This document shows, piece by piece, positions 54,339 to 64,000 of a stretch of DNA of 64,000 bases (position 1 is its first letter; each line of letters starts with the position of its first letter). The notes beneath the pieces were generated by a model that saw only the letters and a program-made list of their open reading frames with translations, searched no databases and was not told the DNA's origin. The translations under genes and the position numbers were made by a program. Source of the DNA: Calditrichales bacterium (GTDB lineage: Bacteria; Calditrichota; Calditrichia; Calditrichales; J004). The DNA lies in NCBI GenBank assembly GCA_965267575.1, contig OZ254086.1:3200001-3264000 (forward strand). The letters run 5' to 3'.

Positions 54339-55805
54339 ATGAGAAGCATTGTTCTGATTGTTATTATTCTTACGCTGCATTTCCTGGAGGCACAACCGAT
54401 AAAAGTCGGTTCAAAAAAGTTTACCGAATCAGTCATTCTCGGGGAGGTTGCCAGGCTTGCGGCAGAGCAGGCCGGTTATGAGTCGCAGCACCGCCGCGAA
54501 CTGGGAGGAACCCGCGTATTGTTCAACGCGCTCACCGGCGCCGAAATCGATATTTACCCGGAATACACCGGAACCATTCTTCGTGAAATACTGGCCGGGC
54601 GACGTCTTGATGACTTTACGGAAGCGCGAGAAGTACTGGATAGCCTGGGCATTGGCGTCATCATGCCGCTGGGGTTTAACAACACATACGCGCTGGGCAT
54701 GAAAAAGCAGGCCGCCCGGGAATTGGGCATCGAAAAAATTTCCGACCTGCAGAATTATCCGCAGCTCAGTTTTGGCTTCAGTAACGAATTTATGAATCGT
54801 TCCGATGGCTGGCCAGCTTTACAGAAGGCGTACAACCTGCCACAAAAAAGCGTGCGCGGACTGGACCATGACCTGGCATACCGGGGCCTGGAAAGCGGGG
54901 CGATCAAGCTTACCGAACTCTATTCCACCGATGCCGAGATCCGCTATTACGATCTGAAAATTTTACAGGACGACAGAAATCACTTCCCGGAATATCAGGC
55001 GCTTTTCCTTTACCGGCGCACCCTGGAAAAAGAAAAACCGGCTTTCATTGAATTATTGCGTCGTCTGCGTGGCTCCATTTCTGAAGCCGAGATGGTTGAG
55101 ATGAACGCACAAGCCAAGCTAGAGCGGGTTCCTGCGGCACGTTTAGCGGCCTCGTTTTTAGAAGAAAAATGGCAGACAACCCTGCAGGTTAATGAAAACA
55201 CCATGTGGAAACGCCTGCGACAACATACGCTGGAGCACCTGTTACTGGTGGGCATTTCCCTGGGCTTTGCGATTTTGATCTCGATTCCATTGGGTATATG
55301 GGCTGTTAAAAGGCCGCGTTTGGGACAGTTTATCCTCGGCGCGACCGGCGTTGTTCAGACCATCCCTTCGCTGGCGGTGCTTGTCTTTATGATTCCGCTT
55401 TTGGGTATTGGAGCCAAACCGGCTATGGTGGCGCTTTTCCTTTACAGCCTTTTGCCCATCGTACGCAATACCCACAGCGGCATTAAAGACATCTCTTCAG
55501 GGATACGCGAGTCTGCCCAGGCTTTGGGACTTACTGCCGGCGAGCGTTTGCGTTTTGTGGAGTTACCGCTGGCCACACGCTCGATTCTGGCCGGTATAAA
55601 AACCGCCGCCGTAATTAATGTTGGCACGGCAACGCTGGGTGCATTAATCGGTGCGGGCGGCTACGGCCAGCCCATCCTAACCGGTATTCGCCTGGATGAC
55701 ATTGGCCTGATCCTGGAAGGAGCAATCCCGGCTGCTTTACTGGCGCTGCTTGTTCAGGGCTTTTTTGATCTGTTGGAAAAATGGCTTGTGGCGGAGGGGA
55801 TATAA
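54339..55805 (+). CDS. Fused betaine-type substrate-binding protein + ABC permease
   Basis: VGSKKFTES, YPEYTGT, FNNTYAL, YSTD; then QTIPSLA, ESAQALG, ELPLA, IGAGGYG. Confidence 0.9.
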   Translation: MRSIVLIVIILTLHFLEAQPIKVGSKKFTESVILGEVARLAAEQAGYESQHRRELGGTRVLFNALTGAEIDIYPEYTGTILREILAGRRLDDFTEAREVLDSLGIGVIMPLGFNNTYALGMKKQAARELGIEKISDLQNYPQLSFGFSNEFMNRSDGWPALQKAYNLPQKSVRGLDHDLAYRGLESGAIKLTELYSTDAEIRYYDLKILQDDRNHFPEYQALFLYRRTLEKEKPAFIELLRRLRGSISEAEMVEMNAQAKLERVPAARLAASFLEEKWQTTLQVNENTMWKRLRQHTLEHLLLVGISLGFAILISIPLGIWAVKRPRLGQFILGATGVVQTIPSLAVLVFMIPLLGIGAKPAMVALFLYSLLPIVRNTHSGIKDISSGIRESAQALGLTAGERLRFVELPLATRSILAGIKTAAVINVGTATLGALIGAGGYGQPILTGIRLDDIGLILEGAIPAALLALLVQGFFDLLEKWLVAEGI

Positions 55806-55839
55806 AAAAACCGGCGCACGCGGCGCCGGCGGATATCAG

Positions 55840-56223
55840 CTACAACTTCTCAATAACGTTACGCAGCTTATCGCGTACTTCAACGGCGACATCGGCCAGG
55901 GCGGGGTTGTTGACTGCCTGCATTGACGCGATCGGGTCAATGGCTGCCACCTCGATACCGTTGTCCTGTTCGATGACGATTACGTTGCAAGGCAGCATCG
56001 CGCCGATTTTGTCTTCGGCCTGCAGGGCTTTATGGGCAAATGGCGGATTGCATGCTCCCAGAATGTGGTATTTCTTGTAATCCACATCCAGTTTTTTCTT
56101 CAGTGTCTCTTTTACGTCAATCTCGGTAAGAACGCCAAAACCCTCTTCTTTTAGCAGACCCGTGGTTTTGTTTATGGCTTCTTCAAAAGACCCTTTGATC
56201 GTTTTGGAAAAGTAGTATGACAT
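55840..56223 (-). CDS. DUF302 protein
   Basis: EEGFGVLTEIDV..TLKKKL, ILGACNP, LPCNV. Confidence 0.9.
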   Translation of the reverse strand: MSYYFSKTIKGSFEEAINKTTGLLKEEGFGVLTEIDVKETLKKKLDVDYKKYHILGACNPPFAHKALQAEDKIGAMLPCNVIVIEQDNGIEVAAIDPIASMQAVNNPALADVAVEVRDKLRNVIEKL

Positions 56224-56315
56224 TATTGTTAACCTCTCATTTTAGACATGTTCGCGGGGCTTTATGGTTTTGATGATAATAGTCCCTTAAGGATACGTCC
56301 TTTATGTTTCGATTT

Positions 56316-56330
56316 TGGCACGGGACTTGT
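56316..56330 (+). promoter_or_regulatory. Sigma54-like -24/-12 promoter
   Basis: TGGCAC-GGGAC-TTGT; one mismatch to TGGCAC-N5-TTGC. Confidence 0.55.
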
Positions 56331-56366
56331 CAGTTAAAACGGAAATGTTTCTTATGGAGAAGAGTA

Positions 56367-56552
56367 ATGTTCAATACGACTCTGGAAAAACTGCTGGACG
56401 GCCTTAGCGACAAAGATATCATGGAGGTCATTGAAAAGGCCGAAAGCATGGCCCGCCCGCTGCCAAACCGCGCCGATTACGAAAAGGAAAGACTAGTACT
56501 GATCGTAAAACGTGAAGACACCGGCGTTTTCGAAGCCGTTCATATCCGCTAA
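56367..56552 (+). CDS. Small hypothetical protein (61 aa)
   Basis: ATG 56367 with GGAGA RBS downstream of the sigma54-like site; MFNTTLEKLLDGLSDKDIMEVIEKAE... Confidence 0.55.
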   Translation: MFNTTLEKLLDGLSDKDIMEVIEKAESMARPLPNRADYEKERLVLIVKREDTGVFEAVHIR

Positions 56553-56746
56553 AAAACTGCCCATTCTGTAACTTTTCTGCACAGAAGCGAGCAATGCTCG
56601 TTTTCCGCCATTTTGCTTTGCTCAAGAGTTTTATTCCGCTTAATTTTAAATTTCAAAATCCAAAACGATCGCTTTTTTAAGCTGTATTAATTTTTCCCGC
56701 TTAATGTTGCACTAAAGGTTCAGGCCATTATGAAAGGAACAGTGCC

Positions 56747-58750
56747 ATGCGTTCATTCTTACTTCTTTTATTGCTTATGGTAACATCAATCCAATGCTCC
56801 ATGAACAGTGGTGATGTTACGTCGCCGGATAAGCGCATCCAAGTTTCATTTAGTCTGGAGCAGGGTGTTCCCGTCTATTCGGTAACCCGTGATTATGAGA
56901 CAATCCTAAAGCCATCAAGATTGGGTTTTCAGCTGAAGAACGGCATAAGCTTGGCCGACAGCTTTCGCGTGGCCGGCATTACGCACAGTCACCATGACAG
57001 CACCTGGGAGCAGGTATGGGGCGAACAGCGGCTTATTCGCAATCATTACAATGAAATGAAAGTGGACCTTGTGCAGGAAAACAGCGGCAGGCAAATGGCG
57101 ATTGTTTTCAGGGTGTTTAACGATGGCATCGGCTTTCGCTATGAATTTCCGCAACAGGAAAATCTGAACAACTTTGTTATTGCCGATGAATTGACGGAAT
57201 TCGCTTTCGACAAAGATCACGCGGCCTGGTGGATACCGGTTTACCAATACCACCGCTACGAGTATCTGTTTAAAAGATCGCCGCTCTCGGAACTTGATAC
57301 GGTACATACACCTTTGACCATGGAAACGGCAGACGGCCTCTATTTGAGCCTGCACGAAGCGGACCTGACCGATTATGCCAGCATGACGCTGGTGCAGCGC
57401 GAAGGCACTACGCTAAAATGCGATCTTGTCCCGTGGCACGATGGCAACAAGGTATATGCCTCCACGCCTTTTAACACACCCTGGCGCACCATGGTCATCG
57501 CACAGTCGCCCGGCGACCTGATCACTTCCTACCTGGTGCTTAATCTGAACAGACCGAGCGAAATCGAAGATACATCCTGGATAAGGCCCGGCAAATACGT
57601 CGGCATCTGGTGGGGCATGCACATTGGCAGCTACACCTGGGGCAGCGGTCCCCAACACGGTGCCACAACCGCCAATGCCAAAAAGTATATCGACTTTGCC
57701 ACCGAACACGGTTTTGACGGTGTGCTGATCGAAGGCTGGAATACGGGCTGGGACGGAGACTGGTATAATAACGGCAGCCTTTTCCGCTTCAGCGAGCCAC
57801 ATCCCGATTTCGACATGGATGAAGTTTCCGCCTACGCCAAGGAAAAAGGTGTCTATATCATCGGCCACCATGAAACGGGCGCGGATATTGGCAACTATGA
57901 AAGGCAAATGGACGCGGCCTTCGAGTATTACAAAAAGTATGACATTCCTGCCATCAAAACCGGCTATGTGGGCTCGGAAGTGATTGATGCGGAGGGCAAC
58001 AAGCAGTGGCATCACGGGCAATACATGGTGCGCCATTACCGCAAGGTGGTTAAAAAGGCGGCCGAACACCGCATTGTCCTGGATGTGCACGAGCCGATCA
58101 AGGATACCGGCATACGCCGCACCTGGCCCAATATGATGACGCGCGAAGGCGCCCGCGGCCAGGAGTTTAACGCCTGGAGCGAAGACGGCGGCAATCCCCC
58201 CGAACATGAGACGATTATCCCGTTTACCCGCGGCCTGGCCGGGCCCTTTGATTTTACACCGGGCATTTTTGACCTGACCTTTGAGGAATTAAAACCCGAC
58301 AACCGCGTCAATACCACGCTGGCCAAGCAACTGGCCATTTACGTGACCTACTACAGCCCTCTGCATATGGCCGCCGACCTGCCGGAAAACTACGAAGGAG
58401 AGCCGGCCTTTCAATTCATAAAAGATGTACCCACGGATTGGGAAACGACCAAAGTGCTGAACGGTGAGATTGGCGAATACCTGACCATCGCGAGACAGGA
58501 CCGCAATAGCAAAGATTGGTACCTGGGCAGCGTGACCGACGAAAACCCGCGCGATTTGACCATCCGCCTGGATTTTCTGGAGCCCGGCAAAAGCTACACG
58601 GCGCAAATTTACCGCGACGCCGATGATGCCGACTGGGAAACAAATTCTTACGCTATGGCGATTGAAGAAAAGGAAGTGAACAGCACGGAAACGCTGCAGC
58701 TCAAGCTGGCGCCCGGTGGCGGGCAGGCCATACGCTTTATTGCTGAATAA
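56747..58750 (+). CDS. Glycoside hydrolase family 97 (SusB-like alpha-glucosidase)
   Basis: PGKYVGIWWGMH, YIDFA, LIEGWN.GW, HHET, HEP, REGARGQE, GPFDFTPG, MAADL. Confidence 0.93.
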   Translation: MRSFLLLLLLMVTSIQCSMNSGDVTSPDKRIQVSFSLEQGVPVYSVTRDYETILKPSRLGFQLKNGISLADSFRVAGITHSHHDSTWEQVWGEQRLIRNHYNEMKVDLVQENSGRQMAIVFRVFNDGIGFRYEFPQQENLNNFVIADELTEFAFDKDHAAWWIPVYQYHRYEYLFKRSPLSELDTVHTPLTMETADGLYLSLHEADLTDYASMTLVQREGTTLKCDLVPWHDGNKVYASTPFNTPWRTMVIAQSPGDLITSYLVLNLNRPSEIEDTSWIRPGKYVGIWWGMHIGSYTWGSGPQHGATTANAKKYIDFATEHGFDGVLIEGWNTGWDGDWYNNGSLFRFSEPHPDFDMDEVSAYAKEKGVYIIGHHETGADIGNYERQMDAAFEYYKKYDIPAIKTGYVGSEVIDAEGNKQWHHGQYMVRHYRKVVKKAAEHRIVLDVHEPIKDTGIRRTWPNMMTREGARGQEFNAWSEDGGNPPEHETIIPFTRGLAGPFDFTPGIFDLTFEELKPDNRVNTTLAKQLAIYVTYYSPLHMAADLPENYEGEPAFQFIKDVPTDWETTKVLNGEIGEYLTIARQDRNSKDWYLGSVTDENPRDLTIRLDFLEPGKSYTAQIYRDADDADWETNSYAMAIEEKEVNSTETLQLKLAPGGGQAIRFIAE

Positions 58751-58752
58751 TC

Positions 58753-59724
58753 CTAAAAGGAGAGTTGCTTTTTCTCCGTGGAAAAATCCAAAAAAGTATG
58801 GCGAGTTTCGAGATGACTGATCTTTTCCAAAATCTTTTCCACAAAGCGCTGGTGCGCCGTGCTGCCTGGATGGATGGGGCGGTGCGCCAGTGCGTTTTGT
58901 ATTTCTTCGATATCCTTTATCAATTCAGCGTCCCGGTACAAATAGCTTTGCTTAAACTTTTCACGGATGTAGGCGATGGCGGCTGGCGCGGGGTGCGTCA
59001 GATCATCGCAGTAAAAGCGGTAGTCACGCAAATCATCCAGCAGCATTTCATAGGCGGGAAAGTAGTCGCTGTTATTTGTACCGGCCAGCGCTTGATCCAG
59101 CCCCAGCAGCAGCGTGGCCTTGCTGAGCTGATTGCCATGGAATCCATCCTTTAAATGGCGCACCGGACTCACCGTAAAAATGATATACAGATCCGGGTTT
59201 TCCTTGTGCAAAACATCGATTATCTCCCCGGTTATGGCGGCGACCTCCGCAACGGTCAAACGCCGTCTTGTAAAATGCTCCGCCGGCAGTTTATGGCAAT
59301 TGGCTACAATTCTGTTTAGCTGCTTATGCTCATAGACCCACGCTGTCCCGTAGGTAATTATCGCGTGTTGTGCTTTTTGGCTGTATGCTTCCGTCCTGTG
59401 CAGGGCGTCCAGGGCGTTTTTTTGGCACGAGTGCTTTTGCGGCGCCGAAAAATGGCTGCTGTGCAACAGGCTGTGCCACAACCCGTTGTTTTGGACAAGC
59501 AGCTTTTCCGGGAAATCGTCATGACCATTGGCGCACTTCAGTACGGCCAGGATCGATGCCGGGTTGTACAGCACACCGCAGGGGTTGGACGACACATCAT
59601 ATTTCAGCCGCAACAGGTAACCGGCGATATTTTCCGCGAAGCAGCTTCCAAGACTAAGCAACGGGCCGGGATGGATAACCGGCGTTGTTGCCGCTTCGCA
59701 TTTTAATTCTGTCCTGAATTTCAT
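58753..59724 (-). CDS. GSCFA-domain protein
   Basis: MKFRTEL, LGSCFAENI, YNPASI, VANCHK, TVSPVRH, YFPAYE..DDLRDYRFY..D..HP. ATG 59724. Confidence 0.9.
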   Translation of the reverse strand: MKFRTELKCEAATTPVIHPGPLLSLGSCFAENIAGYLLRLKYDVSSNPCGVLYNPASILAVLKCANGHDDFPEKLLVQNNGLWHSLLHSSHFSAPQKHSCQKNALDALHRTEAYSQKAQHAIITYGTAWVYEHKQLNRIVANCHKLPAEHFTRRRLTVAEVAAITGEIIDVLHKENPDLYIIFTVSPVRHLKDGFHGNQLSKATLLLGLDQALAGTNNSDYFPAYEMLLDDLRDYRFYCDDLTHPAPAAIAYIREKFKQSYLYRDAELIKDIEEIQNALAHRPIHPGSTAHQRFVEKILEKISHLETRHTFLDFSTEKKQLSF

Positions 59725-59961
59725 GTTGGCGCTCCGAAGGTGGTCAATTTTTGCACACTCTGCAAACAGGTGATTGTATTTTGATTTTAGGTGTTGTTCA
59801 CGGCGCAATCCCCATGTTTCCGCGGGATAAAACTATCCATGGCAGGGGCGTCTGCCGACCCTAAGCTACATTTTTTCAGGAAGCGATGGAAGAGGCGGTA
59901 AGGTCGGTCTGAATTACGACCGAAAAGGAGTAGTAGCTTAAAAATAAATCAGGGACGAATT

Positions 59962-62055
59962 ATGAAGCTTCTTTTATTTTGCCTCACCATTGTTGTTTTT
60001 CTCGCCTCCTGTGACATCAACGAGCCGCAGCTTGCCAAATGGGATACTTCCTGGCAGGTGCATCTGCGCGGGGACGTTGTGACCATGAGGGATCTATTGG
60101 ACGACTCTTCGTTGAGCGATTCCGTGGATGCCGTTACAGGTGAAGAGATGTTCTTCTTTTCCAATAATGATTCCTCGGAAAAGAAAACAGTCGAACGTGA
60201 CAAAATGGCCCTCAAGGGCAAGGAGCGTCGTTTTCGCAATACGCTGGGCGTTTTTAAAGTGAATCAACCGGAACCGAAAAGCACACCTTCCACCACTTTT
60301 GGTGACGTTTTCAGTTCCTACAATCCGCAGCCTGGAATGCTCTTTCCGCAGGTTGATCCTTTGACCCTGAATCCGCCCCCGCGCGAAGTCACTCTTGACG
60401 GCTTTCAGGAAATCCATATTGAGAGCGCGACGATGAGTGTTGTTTTTTACAATGACATGATCGTTGGGGTTGACGAGGGCATGGAGCTGGTGCTTTTTGA
60501 TAAAGCGCGCCAGGGAGAAAGCAACGGCGGTTTGATCGATACATTCTATTTTGATCAGGCCATTCCTACCGGCAGCTCCGCGCAAAGCAATACGGTAGAC
60601 CTTGCCGGCAAGATGTTGTCCAACAATCTTGAACTGCAATATACCGTTCCGGTCTCCGGCACCGATTCAGCAATGGTGCTCACGGAAGAGGACATTAACA
60701 GCGGTTTCTACTCCGAAGTGCGCATGAGTGAAGTAGAAGTTTCGCGCGCGCTGGCGCAAATCCCTGAGCAAACCTTCAACAGCGAAAACGTGACCCCGTT
60801 GGACAGCGACGATCATAAAATACGCAGCGCGGATGTGGAGCAGGGCAAGCTTTATCTCAGCGTTCAGAATATGATGAACATCGACGGCAGCTACGATCTG
60901 GAGCTGACTAATTTTGTTGATGATAGCGGCCAACCCAAAACGAAATCATTTACCGTTGCGGCGCAAAGCGCGGAGAATATCTCCATCAACCTGGCCGGCT
61001 ACACGCTGAAATCTGCTGACGGCAGCTTCCTCGAAGATATCCGCTACCAGGTGGTTGCGCGCACATCATCCACAGACGACTATGTCTGGGTTGACGCGCA
61101 GGATTCGCTGGCTCTGGCCTTTACGATGGACAGCCTCTACTTCTCGCGCTTTGAGGGTCAGCTTTCGCAAACGGAAATCGTTTTTGATCCCATCCGTGAA
61201 ACCGATCTGCTGAGCGATGGCAAATTTGACGGAGCCATGACACTTCCCGATCTCGTGCTGCAGTTTGATTTCCACAATGAGATAAATTTTGATGTGTTCG
61301 TTGAGCTTAATGTTACCGGCATTAAAAAGAGCAACAGCGGCGTCGTTGAAGACTCGGTTACGCTGCATGTTTCGCAGTTGATAAACCGTGCTTCGCTTAA
61401 CAAAGCGGCGATTACATCAATGGTGCTGAACAAAGCCAGCAGCAGTCCCAGTATTGTTGACCTGATGGCCATTATGCCTGATGAACTTGTGGTTTCCGGA
61501 CGCGCGCAGGTGCAGGGCGACGGGAGTGTCAACTCCGGTGACAGGATCTGGGCCACTTACCGCATGGAAAGCCCGCTTACCGTTAACGTAACAGAAAAGC
61601 TGGTTTACGAAGGTGACCGGCAGGTGATCGATGAGGATGATATCAGCCAGGAAGAACGCGACAAGATCACTGAAAAATTAAGCGAAGTATCGTTGGCGTT
61701 TAACACGCTGAACGGTCTGCCGCTGACTACACGCTTCAAAATATATGTTGCCGCCGACTCCACTGAGCTGTTTAACGATGTAATCACCGATTCATCCCGC
61801 AAAGTGATTCTGAGCGCCAACATTCAAAATGCCGCTATCGGTAACAACGGCTATGTGCAGGAAGCCGTTGAAGGGCGGGTCGATTTCCGCCTGAGCTCGC
61901 GGCAGATGGAAGTGTTTGAGAATGAGACGGTCTATACGGCGGTGAAAGCCGAGATCGATCCGACAGGACAGAGCATTCGTTTCCGCCCGCAGGACGAGCT
62001 GCGCTTTGAAGGCGTTATCAGTTTTGACGCGGTAGTGGACCCCGAAAATTTCTAA
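59962..62055 (+). CDS. Large beta-rich hypothetical lipoprotein
   Basis: Lipobox LASC-DINEP; acidic, beta-strand rich; paralog starts at 63519. Confidence 0.8.
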   Translation: MKLLLFCLTIVVFLASCDINEPQLAKWDTSWQVHLRGDVVTMRDLLDDSSLSDSVDAVTGEEMFFFSNNDSSEKKTVERDKMALKGKERRFRNTLGVFKVNQPEPKSTPSTTFGDVFSSYNPQPGMLFPQVDPLTLNPPPREVTLDGFQEIHIESATMSVVFYNDMIVGVDEGMELVLFDKARQGESNGGLIDTFYFDQAIPTGSSAQSNTVDLAGKMLSNNLELQYTVPVSGTDSAMVLTEEDINSGFYSEVRMSEVEVSRALAQIPEQTFNSENVTPLDSDDHKIRSADVEQGKLYLSVQNMMNIDGSYDLELTNFVDDSGQPKTKSFTVAAQSAENISINLAGYTLKSADGSFLEDIRYQVVARTSSTDDYVWVDAQDSLALAFTMDSLYFSRFEGQLSQTEIVFDPIRETDLLSDGKFDGAMTLPDLVLQFDFHNEINFDVFVELNVTGIKKSNSGVVEDSVTLHVSQLINRASLNKAAITSMVLNKASSSPSIVDLMAIMPDELVVSGRAQVQGDGSVNSGDRIWATYRMESPLTVNVTEKLVYEGDRQVIDEDDISQEERDKITEKLSEVSLAFNTLNGLPLTTRFKIYVAADSTELFNDVITDSSRKVILSANIQNAAIGNNGYVQEAVEGRVDFRLSSRQMEVFENETVYTAVKAEIDPTGQSIRFRPQDELRFEGVISFDAVVDPENF

Positions 62056-62068
62056 AAAAGAGGCACCT

Positions 62069-63376
62069 ATGAAAAAGATTGCAATTATTATTTTAGCAGC
62101 CCTTTCGGCTCTCTCGGCACAAGGATTTGACGGAGCCAGCCTTGGTATGGGTGGCAACTATCTTGCCCGCAGCCGCGGTGTGGACGCCCTGGCCTGGAAC
62201 CCGGCCAACCTCGCTTTGCCAAGACGCGGCGCGGTGGAAGTAAACCTGGTTTCGCTCAACCTGGGACTGTTTAACAGCGCCCTCTCGGTAGACAGCTATA
62301 ACCGCTACTTTACTTTCGAAGGGCACAATGGCCAATGGAGCCGTTCCGACCGCAAGGATATTCTGGATATGTTCAGCGGTGATGGATTGCGTCTGAATGG
62401 TGATGTAAAAACCAATATCTTCGGTCTGGCAATCGGCAATTTTGGCTACGCGCTGCAGGTGGAAAGCAGCGTTGCCGGAAATGTAAAACCGGGCAAACCG
62501 CTGGAAATGTTTCTCTTTGGTGAAACCGTCACCACGGATTACAGAATTAATGAACAAAACGTAGCTAATGTGCGCGGCTACAGCGCCCTTAAGCATGGCG
62601 TGGGTTATGGCCACCTTTTTAAACTGGGTGACAATGCATTCAAAGTAAGTAACCTTACCGTGGGCCTGGCGCTCAACTTTTACCAGGGCCTGGCTGTAGC
62701 GCAAACGCAGCAATCTTCCATTTCCGTGGAGCGCGTGCAGCACGATGCAGTGGGCATGGATGAAGAAGTTTTCCGTAGCGAATTACGCGTCAGCGGACGC
62801 ACCGCCGATGCCTCGGGCGGGTCTGCCGGCTCGGGATTTGGTTTGGATATCGGGGCTACAGCGCACTATAACAAAAATTTCCTGTTTTCCTTTGCGCTGA
62901 ATAACCTTTTTGGCAACATTAACTGGACCGGAAACACGCAGCAAGTAACTAAGGTCAGCGTAGATTCCAGCCACGCCTTTTCAAGTAATGTGGCCGATAC
63001 AAGCTATTCCTATGAAGAGGAAACAGAAGGCGCGACCTTTAAAACATCTCTGCCGGTAACCATGCGGCTCGGCGCGCAGTGGCGCTTTAACAAATCGCTT
63101 TCCCTGACCGCGGATTATCATCAGGGATTAAACAAAGCTTTTGGCAACAGCACGGTGCCGCAGGTTGGTGTTGGAGCCGAATATTATCCCTGGGGCTGGC
63201 TGCCGCTGCGCGGTGGCATGACGGTCGGTGGCAAACACGGTTTTCTTTTTGCCGTCGGTACGGGCATTCACGCCGGGCCGCTGTTGTTCGATTTCTCCTA
63301 TGCCATGAGCAAGGCCCTCTTGCCGGCCTATTCAACCGGTGTTTTCACCTCGTTCAACCTAAAATTACGATTCTGA
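62069..63376 (+). CDS. Outer-membrane beta-barrel, DUF5723/PorV/FadL-like
   Basis: Signal peptide; SLGMGG...ALAWNPANL N-terminal plug-like motif; GFGLDIG, LP.TMRLG, WLPLRGG; terminal Phe. Confidence 0.8.
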   Translation: MKKIAIIILAALSALSAQGFDGASLGMGGNYLARSRGVDALAWNPANLALPRRGAVEVNLVSLNLGLFNSALSVDSYNRYFTFEGHNGQWSRSDRKDILDMFSGDGLRLNGDVKTNIFGLAIGNFGYALQVESSVAGNVKPGKPLEMFLFGETVTTDYRINEQNVANVRGYSALKHGVGYGHLFKLGDNAFKVSNLTVGLALNFYQGLAVAQTQQSSISVERVQHDAVGMDEEVFRSELRVSGRTADASGGSAGSGFGLDIGATAHYNKNFLFSFALNNLFGNINWTGNTQQVTKVSVDSSHAFSSNVADTSYSYEEETEGATFKTSLPVTMRLGAQWRFNKSLSLTADYHQGLNKAFGNSTVPQVGVGAEYYPWGWLPLRGGMTVGGKHGFLFAVGTGIHAGPLLFDFSYAMSKALLPAYSTGVFTSFNLKLRF

Positions 63377-63401
63377 TAGTTGTATAAAATTTGAGCCCCC
63401 G

Positions 63402-63450
63402 GAAGCGGAGAGACCGGCCTTTTTATGGCTGGACCCTCCGCTTCTTTTTT
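63402..63450 (+). terminator. Intrinsic terminator
   Basis: GAAGCGGAG...CTCCGCTTC followed by a T run. Confidence 0.65.
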
Positions 63451-63518
63451 GCGCGTGCGCATTTTTTTTTAATCTTTCTTTGTTATTTTGCGACAATAGT
63501 TTAAAAAAAGGTGCGTCA

Positions 63519-64000
63519 ATGAAAGCGCTTAAGTTTATTATTTTTGTGGTAGTTATACTGCTTCTCTCCGCATGCAGCATAAACGAGCCCAGTCTGCCGT
63601 CCTTCCAGAAGAGAATACTTGTAGAGCTAGCTCCCGACCAGTTTACGATGGGCGAAGCGCTGGATGACGAAAGCCTCCGCGACAGTGTTTTTACAGCGGG
63701 CGATACTCTCGTCTATATCGACGTGTCTGACAGCACGGAGAAAAAATCAATCGAACGCGATGATCTGGCCTTTAGGGCCGACGATGACCGCATAGTTAAG
63801 GAAGTGGGACCGATTGATCTTGATGAGCCTGAGCCCGCGCAAACCGAACCGGTAGCGCTGGCCGATCTTTTCCCATCCATGCCGCTGAGCGCCGGAGACA
63901 CCCTCCCGCCATTCCCGGCACAAACGCTTACGCCACCTGCGCAGATAGTAATGTTTGATTCCTACAGGGAAGTTATTGTCGATTCCGGATTTGTACGCGT
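63519..64000 (+). CDS. 5' part of a lipoprotein paralogous to 59962-62055 (runs off window)
   Basis: Own translation MKALKFIIFVVVILLLSACSINEPSLP...LDDESLRDSV...DSTEKKSIERD aligns with CDINEPQL...LDDSSLSDSV...DSSEKKTVERD. Confidence 0.8.
   Translation, partial: MKALKFIIFVVVILLLSACSINEPSLPSFQKRILVELAPDQFTMGEALDDESLRDSVFTAGDTLVYIDVSDSTEKKSIERDDLAFRADDDRIVKEVGPIDLDEPEPAQTEPVALADLFPSMPLSAGDTLPPFPAQTLTPPAQIVMFDSYREVIVDSGFVR

Noticed and set aside
59840..59940. c-di-GMP-II-like leader (GGAAGCGATG...GGTCG hairpin...GGAGTAGTAG)
   Set aside because: Lacks the GGGCAC/GTGCAACC pseudoknot elements; an Rfam scan would settle it.

Overview
Bacterial chromosomal window, mostly moderate-to-high GC with a few short AT-rich inserts (about 5.9-7.3 kb, 14.0-14.5 kb, 20.2-21.1 kb). 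The gene content (TonB receptor, outer-membrane barrel, many lipoproteins, four secreted proteins ending in a YPNP-type C-terminal sorting/FlgD-Ig domain) indicates a diderm. A Calditrichota/KSB1/FCB-like host is my inference, not a measured result. The window holds about 50 CDS: a YjfI-like/RluA/PspA cluster, SAM/methionine genes with speD, higBA, an ECF sigma/anti-sigma/two secreted HEAT-repeat proteins, a CotH kinase, a PQQ-type dehydrogenase-diheme fusion, S9 and M28 peptidases, egtD, a Fur/Zur regulator with MerC-like protein, a VPS10-like hydrolase, a betaine-type ABC importer, GH97, and a DUF5723-like barrel with paralogous lipoproteins. It also has one tRNA-Ala(CGC), one probable pseudogene and many intergenic palindromic (REP-like) and degenerate 8-mer/6-mer repeats. 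I saw no CRISPR array, integrase, transposase or rRNA. Best leads: a lipoprotein with a Cys-Gln thioester-domain signature next to a Tat-lipoprotein/leaderless Zn-phospholipase C pair; the ECF-HEAT envelope module; a heme-less cytochrome-c-like/propeller operon; tandem Zur-like boxes; and nested, strand-polarised intergenic repeats. All family calls come from motif recognition by eye; no database searches were run.
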